Shown: in pieces, positions 1 to 8,573 of the stretch | Position numbering within the stretch: position 1 is the first letter of the stretch | Layout: each line of letters opens with the position of its first letter | Source: a virus | Direction: 5' to 3' (one strand) | IMG/VR virus record: IMGVR_UViG_3300042294_002813 | Location: 1-64,000 of that record | Length of the DNA stretch: 64,000 nt | Position numbers and translations under genes: made by a program | The notes under the pieces: model-generated | What the model was told of the DNA's origin: nothing | Database searches by the model: none | What the model saw: the letters and a program-made list of their open reading frames with translations, nothing else

Positions 1-239
1 AGATGCTTGTCATAGAAAGACAATTCTGGATCATCCTTGCTGAGTGAAAGAACACTCAGAAAATTTGGAAGATCATAGATACCAAAGTCATTTGGAAACG
101 ATTCCTTGACCGTGGCTTCTACTAGAATGTTTTTCTGAGGCGAAATTGTTGAAATTGTGTCGCCCTTCTTGAAGAAAATCCCCTGATTGATTTGGGAGAA
201 GTTCTTTAGAATGTTGATTGTATCCTGAGAAATTTTCAT
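1..239 (-). CDS. gp45: DNA polymerase sliding clamp (T4 gp45-like), runs off window edge
   Basis: Not in the ORF track. Manual translation from ATG at 239 gives MKISQDTINILKNFSQINQGIFFKKGDTISTISPQKNILVEATVKESFPNDFGIYDLPNFLSVL, a typical gp45 N-terminus; SD AAGGAG upstream. Confidence 0.9.
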   Translation of the reverse strand, partial: MKISQDTINILKNFSQINQGIFFKKGDTISTISPQKNILVEATVKESFPNDFGIYDLPNFLSVLSLSKDDPELSFYDKH

Positions 240-277
240 AATAAACTCCTTCAATGTATGAAGACAATAGTATCACA

Positions 278-886
278 TTAGTTTGGTGGAGTCAAGCACT
301 CCAACATCAATTCAATCTCTTCTTCTAGATTTTCCTTTGTTCCATTGTTACTAATGGTATAATCAGTCTTATATCCCATCCACGCCCATTCTGAATAATG
401 AACATCTGGTTTTATTCCAGAATCACCATTATTATACATTGTTGCATGAATATACCATTCTGGTATTGCGCCTCTTTGTATTTCTACAATCTTGCCGCCC
501 ATCTTGTGAACGGAGTCAATTTCGTTTGGAAATCTTACATCTGTGATTACATAATCACGATTTAGTTTTATTCTTTTTTCCAAACAAGCAACCCAGAAAT
601 CTGTATGAATGCAATCGCGCATACATTCAGTTCCTATTATTTGTAGAATGTATCTTGGTGTTATATCTTTACCAAACCTTTCAGACCACCATGGATCTTT
701 ACTTTCGCGAAACTCCCTAGACTCTTGTGTATCGCCTTCCAATAAATGACGAGGCCAGCCAAATAGACTTGCGGTAATTTCCTTAAGAGGAGCAGCGAAA
801 GATTCGGTGAAGAATCCTCGCTGCGCCAATATTTCACCCGCAGTACCTTTGCCTGAGCCAATGGTACCAACGAATCCTATGATCAT
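278..886 (-). CDS. Deoxynucleoside monophosphate kinase (T4 gp1-like)
   Basis: N-terminal P-loop GTIGSGKGT, SFAAPLK, PRYILQIIGTE, VITDVRFPNE motifs. Confidence 0.88.
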   Translation of the reverse strand: MIIGFVGTIGSGKGTAGEILAQRGFFTESFAAPLKEITASLFGWPRHLLEGDTQESREFRESKDPWWSERFGKDITPRYILQIIGTECMRDCIHTDFWVACLEKRIKLNRDYVITDVRFPNEIDSVHKMGGKIVEIQRGAIPEWYIHATMYNNGDSGIKPDVHYSEWAWMGYKTDYTISNNGTKENLEEEIELMLECLTPPN

Positions 887-1698
887 ATGCGTCCTGTATA
901 CTGAGCAATCTTAGATAGGTCGCCAGTAAACGCAAATGTTCCGACATGTTGTGTCTTCATCCAAGGACACAGCCAAATCTTGATACCGATCTTGCGAGAC
1001 ATCTGACAGAAGAAATAATCTTCCGACAAATATCTCTCCGATGATCCTGGTGCATTTGGACCACGATCAATGATCGTATCAAAATACGCATGAATGTAGC
1101 GAGATCCGTCAAAGTGCTTTTGACCGACATGATCTGGCTTATAACGATATTCTGGAAATGCGTCTTCAAATTTCTTGAAGACTTCACGCTTGATCATCAT
1201 GAAACCTGTACCGATTTCCATGACTTCAAGAGGTTCAGTAATTGAAAACTGCTTTGTTCCGGCTACTGGATTGAAAACGAATTCACCAATCAATCCATCA
1301 AGTTCGCCCGGAGAAATATCAGGCTTGTTCTTAACGGCCTGTGCGACATTACCCCAATTAATCGACTTCTTGGGATATGGTCCACCAATAATTTCTTTAT
1401 CTAGAGCAAGAAGAGTTACAACATCTTGTGGATTGAAATGAATGTCAGAATCCAAAAACAAGAGATGCGTAAATCCTTCATTACGAAGAAATTCATCAGT
1501 AAGATAATTTCTTGCGCGAGTAATAAGTGATTCGTTAAATAGAAATGAAAACTTGGCTTCAACGCCATATTGATTTAGAATAGCTTGTAGATCCAAGCAG
1601 GACTTCATGTAAAGTCCATTTGCCATACCACCGTACATTGGTGTGGCGATAAACAATTTTCTTTTTCTTAGTTCCTCAACAGAGATAGAAATTTCCAT
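883..1698 (-). CDS. GT-A fold (family 2-like) glycosyltransferase
   Basis: IATPMYGG, ESLITRARN, LFLDSDI (DxD), GTGFMMIKR, LSEDYFFC, HVG motifs; start moved to 1698 because of SD GGAG. Confidence 0.75.
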   Translation of the reverse strand: MEISISVEELRKRKLFIATPMYGGMANGLYMKSCLDLQAILNQYGVEAKFSFLFNESLITRARNYLTDEFLRNEGFTHLLFLDSDIHFNPQDVVTLLALDKEIIGGPYPKKSINWGNVAQAVKNKPDISPGELDGLIGEFVFNPVAGTKQFSITEPLEVMEIGTGFMMIKREVFKKFEDAFPEYRYKPDHVGQKHFDGSRYIHAYFDTIIDRGPNAPGSSERYLSEDYFFCQMSRKIGIKIWLCPWMKTQHVGTFAFTGDLSKIAQYTGRI

Positions 1699-1738
1699 AG
1701 TATACTCCACTCAAAAAATGATTACTAAACCATACTCC

Positions 1739-1746
1739 TATTTAGT
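1739..1746 (-). promoter_or_regulatory. Late-promoter-like element ACTAAATA upstream of the glycosyltransferase
   Basis: Variant of the T4 late TATAAATA box; nnTAAATA recurs upstream of many structural genes in this window. Confidence 0.45.
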
Positions 1747-1750
1747 TAGC

Positions 1751-1785
1751 AAATAGAAAGAAGGGGAAGATTTCCCTTCCCCTTC
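1751..1785 (-). terminator. Rho-independent terminator after the HTH gene
   Basis: Perfect 10-bp stem GAAGGGGAAG/CTTCCCCTTC (1760-1785) followed by TTTCTATTT on the minus strand. Confidence 0.8.
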
Positions 1786-1808
1786 AATAGGCTCAACCTA
1801 TACTAAAC

Positions 1809-2078
1809 TCAGGCAGAACGACGAGTCTTGGTCTTGCGAGCAGCAGCCTTCATGGCCTTGGTAGGAGTACCAAGACGATAAACGCGAACAGTGCTGCCAT
1901 CGCCACGACGCTTCAGGTTCGTGTAGATTGCGTGACCGTCCTGACGCAGCTCATGAATGCGCTGCGCAACGTTCTTGATACCAAAACGATTGCGACCCTG
2001 TGCAACCGAAAAAGTATTGTACGATGAGTTGCCCTTCAGAACCGAAAGCATACGAGCCTTAGCAGAAATCTTAGCCAT
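1809..2078 (-). CDS. Small basic winged-HTH nucleic-acid-binding protein
   Basis: 89 aa; FGIKNVAQRIHELRQDGHAI helix-turn-helix/wing pattern, VYRLG, Lys/Arg-rich tail; SD GGAG. Confidence 0.65.
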   Translation of the reverse strand: MAKISAKARMLSVLKGNSSYNTFSVAQGRNRFGIKNVAQRIHELRQDGHAIYTNLKRRGDGSTVRVYRLGTPTKAMKAAARKTKTRRSA

Positions 2079-2099
2079 TTATTACACTCCATAACAAAA

Positions 2100-2147
2100 G
2101 GTTGCATCGAAAAAAACGGAGCGGCGAGCAACCAAATACGCCGCTCC
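2100..2147 (-). promoter_or_regulatory. Structured leader: 9-bp GC hairpin plus U7 tract, with potential H-type pseudoknot
   Basis: Stem GGAGCGGCG/CGCCGCUCC (2118-2147); loop GGUUGC is complementary to downstream GCAACC near 2100-2105. Confidence 0.6.
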
Positions 2148-2157
2148 ATTATTCAGT

Positions 2158-2186
2158 ATTATATCAATACCGAATTGGTTTGTCAA
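2158..2186 (-). promoter_or_regulatory. Consensus sigma70 (early) promoter
   Basis: TTGACA-17 nt-TATAAT, perfect consensus. Confidence 0.9.
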
Positions 2187-2189
2187 GCA

Positions 2190-3383
2190 TTAAAACACAA
2201 TCTCGTTAGCCTGCTTGATCTTTTCTTCAAGAGATGCATCCGTCGTTGCTGTAGACGTTTCCGTATTAGCAACAACAGGAGCATTAGCCTCTGCATCAAT
2301 CTTTGTATACAGATCCATGAACGAAGTCTTGGTGTCAAGATCAAAACGATTCAGACACAGACGAATTGCCTTCATGCGATCACGACTGAAGATCTTGTAT
2401 GCGTCGCAAATATGCACAAGACGACGAGTGGAAATAATCTCGGTCGTGCCGCCATCGTAATAGGTACGACGAATTGCATCTGCCCACTTGATAAGCAGCT
2501 CAACAAAGGTCTTGTCATCCTCCGTACGATCCAGAAGATTATGTAGAATCTTCTTCTCGGTTACGGCAGGCGGATACTCCTGCTCCATCGTGATAGAGAA
2601 ACGTTCCAGAAACGCCTCGTTCATGACGTTAGTGCCAATGAAGCGGCCATCGTCAGAACCACGACCCTTGGTATTTGCAGTAGCGATTACAGTAAATCCA
2701 CGAGCCGGCTGAACCAGCTTGTTGATCTTCTTGATGAAGACAGACTTGCCTTCAAGCACGGGCTGAAGACACATAAGCTTGATGGTACCAAGGTCAACCT
2801 CGTCCAGAAGAAGAACCGCACCACGCTCCATCGCCATCACAACGGGACCATTATGCCACACAGTCTGACCATCGACAAGACGGAAACCACCAATCAGGTC
2901 GTCCTCGTCAGTCTCAGCCGTGATGTTCACGCGAACCATCTCGCGGCGAGCCTTGGCACAAGCCTGCTCGACCATCATGGTCTTGCCGTTGCCAGACAGA
3001 CCAGTGATATAGACTGGATAGAACATCTTGGATGAGATGATCGACTCAACATCCGAGAAGTTACCAAAGGGAACGTAATTCTTATTGGGAGTCGGAATCA
3101 AAGACTCCGAGATGTTTGTACCAATAGTCTGAAGATTCATCGTAGTTGCCTGTGGCATAGGAGTTTCCGAAACAGAAGGTATAGGAGTTTCTACAGCACC
3201 AATGCTGGGAAGTTTATAGACACCGCGAGAGTGACGATACTGATCGTCAATCGCGATCCACCTAGGCCACTTGAAGTTATGAGCGCGGCAAAGTTCCTTG
3301 GCATCCTTGCGAGAAATGGTAGTCATATACCCGTTCTGGTTAGCCAGTCGAATGAAAGCAATCTGCTTTTCCGTAAGCGACAT
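2190..3383 (-). CDS. MoxR/CobS-like AAA+ ATPase
   Basis: Walker A GLSGNGKT, Walker B LLLDEVD, ATANTKG, NEAFLERF, ISTRRL; start at 3383 (SD GAGGA). Confidence 0.9.
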   Translation of the reverse strand: MSLTEKQIAFIRLANQNGYMTTISRKDAKELCRAHNFKWPRWIAIDDQYRHSRGVYKLPSIGAVETPIPSVSETPMPQATTMNLQTIGTNISESLIPTPNKNYVPFGNFSDVESIISSKMFYPVYITGLSGNGKTMMVEQACAKARREMVRVNITAETDEDDLIGGFRLVDGQTVWHNGPVVMAMERGAVLLLDEVDLGTIKLMCLQPVLEGKSVFIKKINKLVQPARGFTVIATANTKGRGSDDGRFIGTNVMNEAFLERFSITMEQEYPPAVTEKKILHNLLDRTEDDKTFVELLIKWADAIRRTYYDGGTTEIISTRRLVHICDAYKIFSRDRMKAIRLCLNRFDLDTKTSFMDLYTKIDAEANAPVVANTETSTATTDASLEEKIKQANEIVF

Positions 3384-3408
3384 ATTTTCCTCTATCAAGT
3401 TATAATTT

Positions 3409-3437
3409 AGTATACGATATATGATTGGTATAATCAA
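3409..3437 (-). promoter_or_regulatory. sigma70-type promoter for the MoxR gene
   Basis: TTGATT-17 nt-TATACT. Confidence 0.7.
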
Positions 3438-5764
3438 GCACTAATTTTCTCAATGAACCGGGAAAGAACAATACGATTGTCCAACTTGTTCTTGGAATAC
3501 TTGGCAAAGACCTTCGCAATGCTCTTTGCTGTAGTTGCCTTACCAAGATTAAGTTCGGTGGTCTGAATGTTCATCTCCTCAGCCTTGAGAATGTAGTACA
3601 CCGAATAACCAAGATTGGTAACTTCAATGTACTTGTTCTTTACATAGTCCTTATACAGCTTCTCGACCTGATTTGGATCTGCTGAATACTGTGAGAAAGA
3701 CATGGAATTCACTCGACCGGAATTTATATAGTATCCAATCACATTCGTTCCAGTTCTTTCGCGCAGACGATTCAAGAAGATTGCCGTTGTGGCAGATTTA
3801 TCCCACAGATTATCGACAACAGCTTCACTCTTGGTAACGGTATCACGAAGAACCACATCTTGAGTATATGGATTATAGCCCTTGTTCCTAACCTCAATAC
3901 TGTCTGTATCCTCGCCATCGGTAAGAATGACGGTGTTGACGATCTGAAGCTTATGCTTCGCACGAAAAGCATTGACAATGCTTGTCGCACAAACAATAGT
4001 CGCATCCAAAGGAGTAGAACCGAAAGTAAACGGCCTGATATCTACAGCAGCATTCATTTTCCTAAAGAACTTGCATAGCATCAGAAGATTACCAATAGCC
4101 TGATTGAACTCGCCTTCCTTCATCCTTGAAGACAGCAACTGAAGCAGAGACAAGCTTGAATTGATAAGCAAATCACCATCCTTGTATGAATGCTGACGTG
4201 CTTCGATAGCACTGATCTCTTCGGCGGACATATTCTTATGTCCATATACATTTGAAAATGCATAAACGTCAAACGGAATCTGAACACGCTTGCAGAACAT
4301 GACCATATTTACAAGCTGCTCAATCAATCCAGAAATTGAAGTTGTCATCGATCCAGACCAATCAATGAACATGACAAGTCCATGATTCTTTCCGGTAGGC
4401 ACATTGGTGATGCGCTTGAACAGGTCATCATTATACTTGTAGGTATGCAGCTTGTTGGTATTGATCACACCAGTCTTGGAAATTGACGAGCGAGAATAGG
4501 TATCAGCCGCCTTTCGCATCTCAAATTCCTTGACCATGTATGAAATTACCGCAGCGTTCTCCGAACGGAACTTGATGCACTCTGCAAGAACCTGCTCCTT
4601 GGTATGACCAGGAATAAATCCATATATGTCGCCGCGACGAGCCACCTCAGAAAGACCGACGAAGCCATTGCCACCATCATGAACCTGCTTGTAAGGCACA
4701 ATCCAATTATGACCGTTGACCTCGGGAATGTTTACATAAACATAGCCCTTGGTCCCTTCCCTAACGAGTTCATCCTTCTTGGATTCCCAAGACTCCTGAG
4801 TCTCGGAAGTCGGATTCTGTCTAAATCCCTCATCAAGAGGAGACTTGGTCTCCTGATCGGAAATTTCATCTTCGTCGGAAGAACTGGTCTCCGAATCATC
4901 ATCTTCGGAATCAGAAGAACCCTCCTCTTCATCGTCCTTGCCGGATTCACCAGCAGAACCTTCATCCGAAGTCTTGCCGTCAGACTTGTCGGATTCATCT
5001 GAGTCATCGGAATTTTCCGAAGAAGAATCGTCAACCTCATCAGATTCTTCACCAGACTCCTCGCCAGACTCGTCTTCATACGGCATGGAAAACTCACCAC
5101 TCTCATCGGGATAGAACTCCGAATCGTCGTAATAGTTTTCCTCGTCATTCTCAGGCTGATCTTCCTTATGTTCCTTACAATAAGTATAGATTGCCTGAGC
5201 AGCCTTGACAACGTCGTCAAAGCTTTCGCAATTCTCAGCCATTTCAACCAGCTTCTTTTCAGCCGGAGTGAAGTCGATGATGATTGCAGAACCAAGCTTC
5301 AAATGAAGATTGATGCGGTCAATCAGACCGTAAGACTTGATGCTACGTCCAGCGGTGCCAAAGAAATTGCGATCCAGCAAATCCTTATAGCCAAGGGAGA
5401 AGGAACGACGCATACCAGGATAACGACGACGCACAAGCTTCTCAATGCGACCGTCTTCGATCACATTCAAAAACATCTTGGAACCGCGAGGGTTCTTGGC
5501 ATCAATCGATTCGATGGCATTCTTTAGAATATCCGCTGACGGCGGAGTGTCAAGAGCGTGACCGACCTCGTGTCCGACGAGCGTATCATAGATGTTGCCA
5601 GTCATGTTCTTCCAAATTGGAAGGACAAGAAGACGCTTCTCAACATCAAAATACGCCGTGCGAACCGCACGATGCTCGACGGTCAGGTTTTCGTTTGCCA
5701 TGAGACGCGCAAGCTGACTCTTGGCTTCCCTATGAATTTGGGAGTTGCTGTTTTCTGTCATCAT
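3434..5764 (-). CDS. CobT-like protein: N-terminal HExxH domain, acidic linker, C-terminal vWA domain
   Basis: HEVGH, EDGRIE, long D/E/S-rich linker, MIDAS DWSGSM, TPL, LTDGE; adjacent to MoxR ATPase; start moved to 5764. Confidence 0.85.
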   Translation of the reverse strand: MMTENSNSQIHREAKSQLARLMANENLTVEHRAVRTAYFDVEKRLLVLPIWKNMTGNIYDTLVGHEVGHALDTPPSADILKNAIESIDAKNPRGSKMFLNVIEDGRIEKLVRRRYPGMRRSFSLGYKDLLDRNFFGTAGRSIKSYGLIDRINLHLKLGSAIIIDFTPAEKKLVEMAENCESFDDVVKAAQAIYTYCKEHKEDQPENDEENYYDDSEFYPDESGEFSMPYEDESGEESGEESDEVDDSSSENSDDSDESDKSDGKTSDEGSAGESGKDDEEEGSSDSEDDDSETSSSDEDEISDQETKSPLDEGFRQNPTSETQESWESKKDELVREGTKGYVYVNIPEVNGHNWIVPYKQVHDGGNGFVGLSEVARRGDIYGFIPGHTKEQVLAECIKFRSENAAVISYMVKEFEMRKAADTYSRSSISKTGVINTNKLHTYKYNDDLFKRITNVPTGKNHGLVMFIDWSGSMTTSISGLIEQLVNMVMFCKRVQIPFDVYAFSNVYGHKNMSAEEISAIEARQHSYKDGDLLINSSLSLLQLLSSRMKEGEFNQAIGNLLMLCKFFRKMNAAVDIRPFTFGSTPLDATIVCATSIVNAFRAKHKLQIVNTVILTDGEDTDSIEVRNKGYNPYTQDVVLRDTVTKSEAVVDNLWDKSATTAIFLNRLRERTGTNVIGYYINSGRVNSMSFSQYSADPNQVEKLYKDYVKNKYIEVTNLGYSVYYILKAEEMNIQTTELNLGKATTAKSIAKVFAKYSKNKLDNRIVLSRFIEKISA

Positions 5765-5770
5765 GTGGTT

Positions 5771-5799
5771 AGTATACTCTGCTGTTTTGGTAAAGACAA
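5771..5799 (-). promoter_or_regulatory. sigma70-type promoter, probably giving a leaderless mRNA
   Basis: TTGTCT-17 nt-TATACT, with the ATG starting 7 nt downstream of the -10 box and no SD. Confidence 0.65.
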
Positions 5800-5841
5800 G
5801 GACTTTTTTAGTCCACCACATATCTATATTGGAATTGCGAA

Positions 5842-6540
5842 TTAGTCCTTGATGGCAATGAATCCAGTAAATGCATAGTTTTGCCAGAATGTATCAATTG
5901 AATTCTTGTTGAATCCTGCCTCAATGCACATATTGATCAATTCATCTCTGGTATTTGCCTTCAACATGGAACGAAGCTTCTTTTCCTTGGTCATGATATC
6001 ATCATACTCAAAACTCTGACGTTTGAAGTCATAGTATGTGAAGGTTCTCATCTCCTGAATTAGGGAATGATTCGACAAAGTCTTTTCAGCAAAGATGAAT
6101 GCTCCACCAGGAATTAGACTGTCATAAATTTGGTTTATGACATTTTGACGATCTTGCCTTGGCATGAATTGCAAGGTAAAGATTGATGTCACCAATGAAG
6201 TCTTGGCTGAAAATTCGACCTCGCGAACATCACCGCAGAAAAAACCAAGATTTGATGGAATGTTATTGTTTTCAGATTCTTGAAAATGGGGATAGAAATC
6301 TTCTTCGATTTCAATGCCAATATATTGGGCTTTCTGAGCAATAGTCTTGTTCTGTTCAATCATTGCCTTGAGCATCTTGCCCGTCGAACAACCAATATCG
6401 TACACAATGGTATCGTTTTCAACAAAGTACTGCGAAAGATTGATGACATCACCAATTAGATCATTGTACCCACGAATTGACTGACTAATGTGATTATCAA
6501 AGCCCTCTTCGCGCTGGGCAAAGGTAAATTTCTGTGTCAT
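5842..6540 (-). CDS. cmoA: CmoA-like carboxy-S-adenosylmethionine synthase
   Basis: Colinear CmoA motifs: FTF, SIRGY, VYDIGCSTG, GDVRE, FTLQF, IYDSLIPGGAFIFAEK, YDFKR, AGF..WQ. Confidence 0.82.
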   Translation of the reverse strand: MTQKFTFAQREEGFDNHISQSIRGYNDLIGDVINLSQYFVENDTIVYDIGCSTGKMLKAMIEQNKTIAQKAQYIGIEIEEDFYPHFQESENNNIPSNLGFFCGDVREVEFSAKTSLVTSIFTLQFMPRQDRQNVINQIYDSLIPGGAFIFAEKTLSNHSLIQEMRTFTYYDFKRQSFEYDDIMTKEKKLRSMLKANTRDELINMCIEAGFNKNSIDTFWQNYAFTGFIAIKD

Positions 6541-7328
6541 CTATTGCTCCAATCCTTGCAAATGTCCATGATACGTTTTCTTTTACGATAGTTGATCATT
6601 ATATCAGGTATCAGAACAGAGTCAAACAATTTATCTATTCCAGATCCCAGTTGCAGATTGATATGCTTCTTGACACCACCAAACTGTGCAAACTCGACAA
6701 ATGCTTCTACTACATGATGCTTTTGGTATGGTTGATTGAGTTCGTACCAATCTTTGCTCCAAAAGAATTCTTTTACTGCATCCGTGAGATATGGAGTTAT
6801 GAATGTCTTGTTGTGTCTATCGGCAATTTTCTTGTGCCAAAGATGTCCTGCACGATGATCAATCTTGAAATAGTCTTCTCTAAACTCGTTGAATTTTTCC
6901 ATCGTATGCTTATAGTGTATGTTTGCTTTCTTCGATACGCCATAGTAACCATCAGCTGCCCATCCACTCAAAACTTCGGTCTCTTCTATTTGTGGATACA
7001 CATATAGAAATGGAAAACAACATTCATAGTGTGTCTTCTTTACACATTCAATTTCACGACGAAGACGCATGAAATCATTTGATACGTTGTCAGTTGGAAC
7101 TTCTATTGTCTTGCATGACCAACCCATGATGTTGCATATTTCATTTGCTTTTTGTGCATCATATGTTGGTTGATCTTTTAGATGAAAAGTATACGCTGTG
7201 ATCTTCTTACCCAGCCTATGAGCGGCAAGAGCCACAGAAATGCTATCAACGCCGCCGGATAAGAGTACAGCGACGTTGACATCCTTTGAAGATTTTTCTA
7301 GTTCATCGCATAGTATTTTGTCTATCAT
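6537..7328 (-). CDS. Asparagine-synthetase-like (PP-loop) ATP-dependent amide ligase lacking the glutaminase domain
   Basis: LLSGGVDS PP-loop, YTF, VLSGWAADGYYG (cf. SGEGADE), TPYL, QK. Confidence 0.75.
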   Translation of the reverse strand: MIDKILCDELEKSSKDVNVAVLLSGGVDSISVALAAHRLGKKITAYTFHLKDQPTYDAQKANEICNIMGWSCKTIEVPTDNVSNDFMRLRREIECVKKTHYECCFPFLYVYPQIEETEVLSGWAADGYYGVSKKANIHYKHTMEKFNEFREDYFKIDHRAGHLWHKKIADRHNKTFITPYLTDAVKEFFWSKDWYELNQPYQKHHVVEAFVEFAQFGGVKKHINLQLGSGIDKLFDSVLIPDIMINYRKRKRIMDICKDWSNR

Positions 7329-8541
7329 TATATGGTTTCAAAACATTCTCATAAATGCTGCTTGCCAATGCAGCCATCATCTTGGGCGCGACCATTCGAC
7401 CGATACGTTCGGCTTGTTGATCAAAATTACCAGTAAGAACAAAGTCCTCAGGAAGACTCATGATACGCTTCAATTCCTTGATCGTGAACTTTCTATTTTC
7501 GGCATAGTGAAATACACCTGAGACAGATTTCTGTTGTCCACGTTGTGTCAACGTAGGACATGGAAGATCTGGACATGGACGAATCATGTTGAAACATGAT
7601 GCCTTTGGATTCCAATCGCGGTATTCCTTGTCGGAAGGCTTTGTGTGTCTTGTAGGATTGAATGGAAGTTTCGTGATCCAATCTTTTTGAAATCCTCCCA
7701 TGACATAGTCCTTGAGTTCTTGAATCTCATTTGGATCGTTTTCTACATCTTCGATAGCTTGGCGAAGCGTCACATGCTTTGTATGTGTTGGATTAGGAAA
7801 CACGATTGAATGCATATTCAGAAAGTTCAAATCTAGAGCATCACAAACATCTTCACGAATGCATACGAAAAGAGTGCGCTCTCTACCTTGCGGAACTCCA
7901 AAGTCTGCGGCATTCAAGACTTGATATGTTACTTGATAGCCAATCTTTTCAAACGAGTTGATGAACTCATACAGCTTTTCTTTAGCTTCACCAAAAGTGA
8001 TACCCTTGACGTTCTCGGCAACAATTACCTTTGGCTTGATTTCTTCGGCGATGCGAATGAATTCAAGAAACAGGTTTTCAATACTCTCGACAGTCTTTCC
8101 GTCCGAGTACTTCTTAACACCTTCTTGAACTTCAATATCACCTTCTTCAATGACATTGCCTTCGTCGTCAAAATATGAATTGCGTGTATCTTTGACATAT
8201 CCAGCCCAACCCTTTTCTCTCTTGCCAGCAACAGAAAATGCAGAGCATGGAGGTGAGCCATCAAGTAAATCAAGTTCACCTGGCTTTAGACCAGCCGTCT
8301 CTAGAAAGTCCTTACCTGTCAATTTCTTGATGTCGCCGGGAATGATCTTTGTATCTGGAAAATTTGTCGAGTATGTCTTGATTGCTTCTTCAACGAATTC
8401 ATTGATTGCAATGATATTTCCACCCGCAAGACGATAGCCGGTGGAAGATCCACCGCCACCTGCAAATGTGGAAATGACGTTGAACAGTCTTCTCGCTGAA
8501 GACTCTTTTACATCGGCAACAGTATATTTCTGGTACATCAT
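7303..8541 (-). CDS. C5 DNA cytosine methyltransferase-like enzyme (possible carboxymethyltransferase)
   Basis: Motif I FAGGGG, IV GSPPCSAFS, VI ENVKG, VIII QGRERT, TRD PTLT, IX RKFTIKELKRIMSLP, X IGRMV (atypical). Confidence 0.9.
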   Translation of the reverse strand: MMYQKYTVADVKESSARRLFNVISTFAGGGGSSTGYRLAGGNIIAINEFVEEAIKTYSTNFPDTKIIPGDIKKLTGKDFLETAGLKPGELDLLDGSPPCSAFSVAGKREKGWAGYVKDTRNSYFDDEGNVIEEGDIEVQEGVKKYSDGKTVESIENLFLEFIRIAEEIKPKVIVAENVKGITFGEAKEKLYEFINSFEKIGYQVTYQVLNAADFGVPQGRERTLFVCIREDVCDALDLNFLNMHSIVFPNPTHTKHVTLRQAIEDVENDPNEIQELKDYVMGGFQKDWITKLPFNPTRHTKPSDKEYRDWNPKASCFNMIRPCPDLPCPTLTQRGQQKSVSGVFHYAENRKFTIKELKRIMSLPEDFVLTGNFDQQAERIGRMVAPKMMAALASSIYENVLKPYNDRQNTMR

Positions 8542-8560
8542 ATCATCCCATAAAAAACGT

Positions 8561-8566
8561 ATTATA
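8561..8566 (-). promoter_or_regulatory. Possible -10 box for the modification operon
   Basis: TATAAT about 20 nt upstream of the MTase start; -35 region is weak (TAGAGA). Confidence 0.4.
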
Positions 8567-8573
8567 CATCAAA

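Noticed and set aside
88-276. 62-aa ORF in the ORF track
   Set aside because: Wrong frame; the real gene is gp45 starting at 239 and running off the window
2190-5764. cobS/cobT as cobalamin-biosynthesis auxiliary genes
   Set aside because: No cobN or other cob genes; a generic MoxR-vWA pair is the simpler reading
5800-5814. Short inverted repeat GGACT-N5-AGTCC next to the -35 box
   Set aside because: Only a 5-bp stem, not seen at the other early promoters; could be chance
5842-6540. tRNA cmo5U modification role for the CmoA-like gene
   Set aside because: No cmoB or tRNA genes in the window and the gene is coupled to a DNA MTase operon; not fully excluded because host CmoB could use the Cx-SAM
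6537-7328. QueC (7-deazaguanine pathway) assignment for the SGGVDS protein
   Set aside because: No C-terminal zinc-binding Cys cluster and no folE/queD/queE/dpdA nearby; SGWAADG fits the Asn-synthetase fold better
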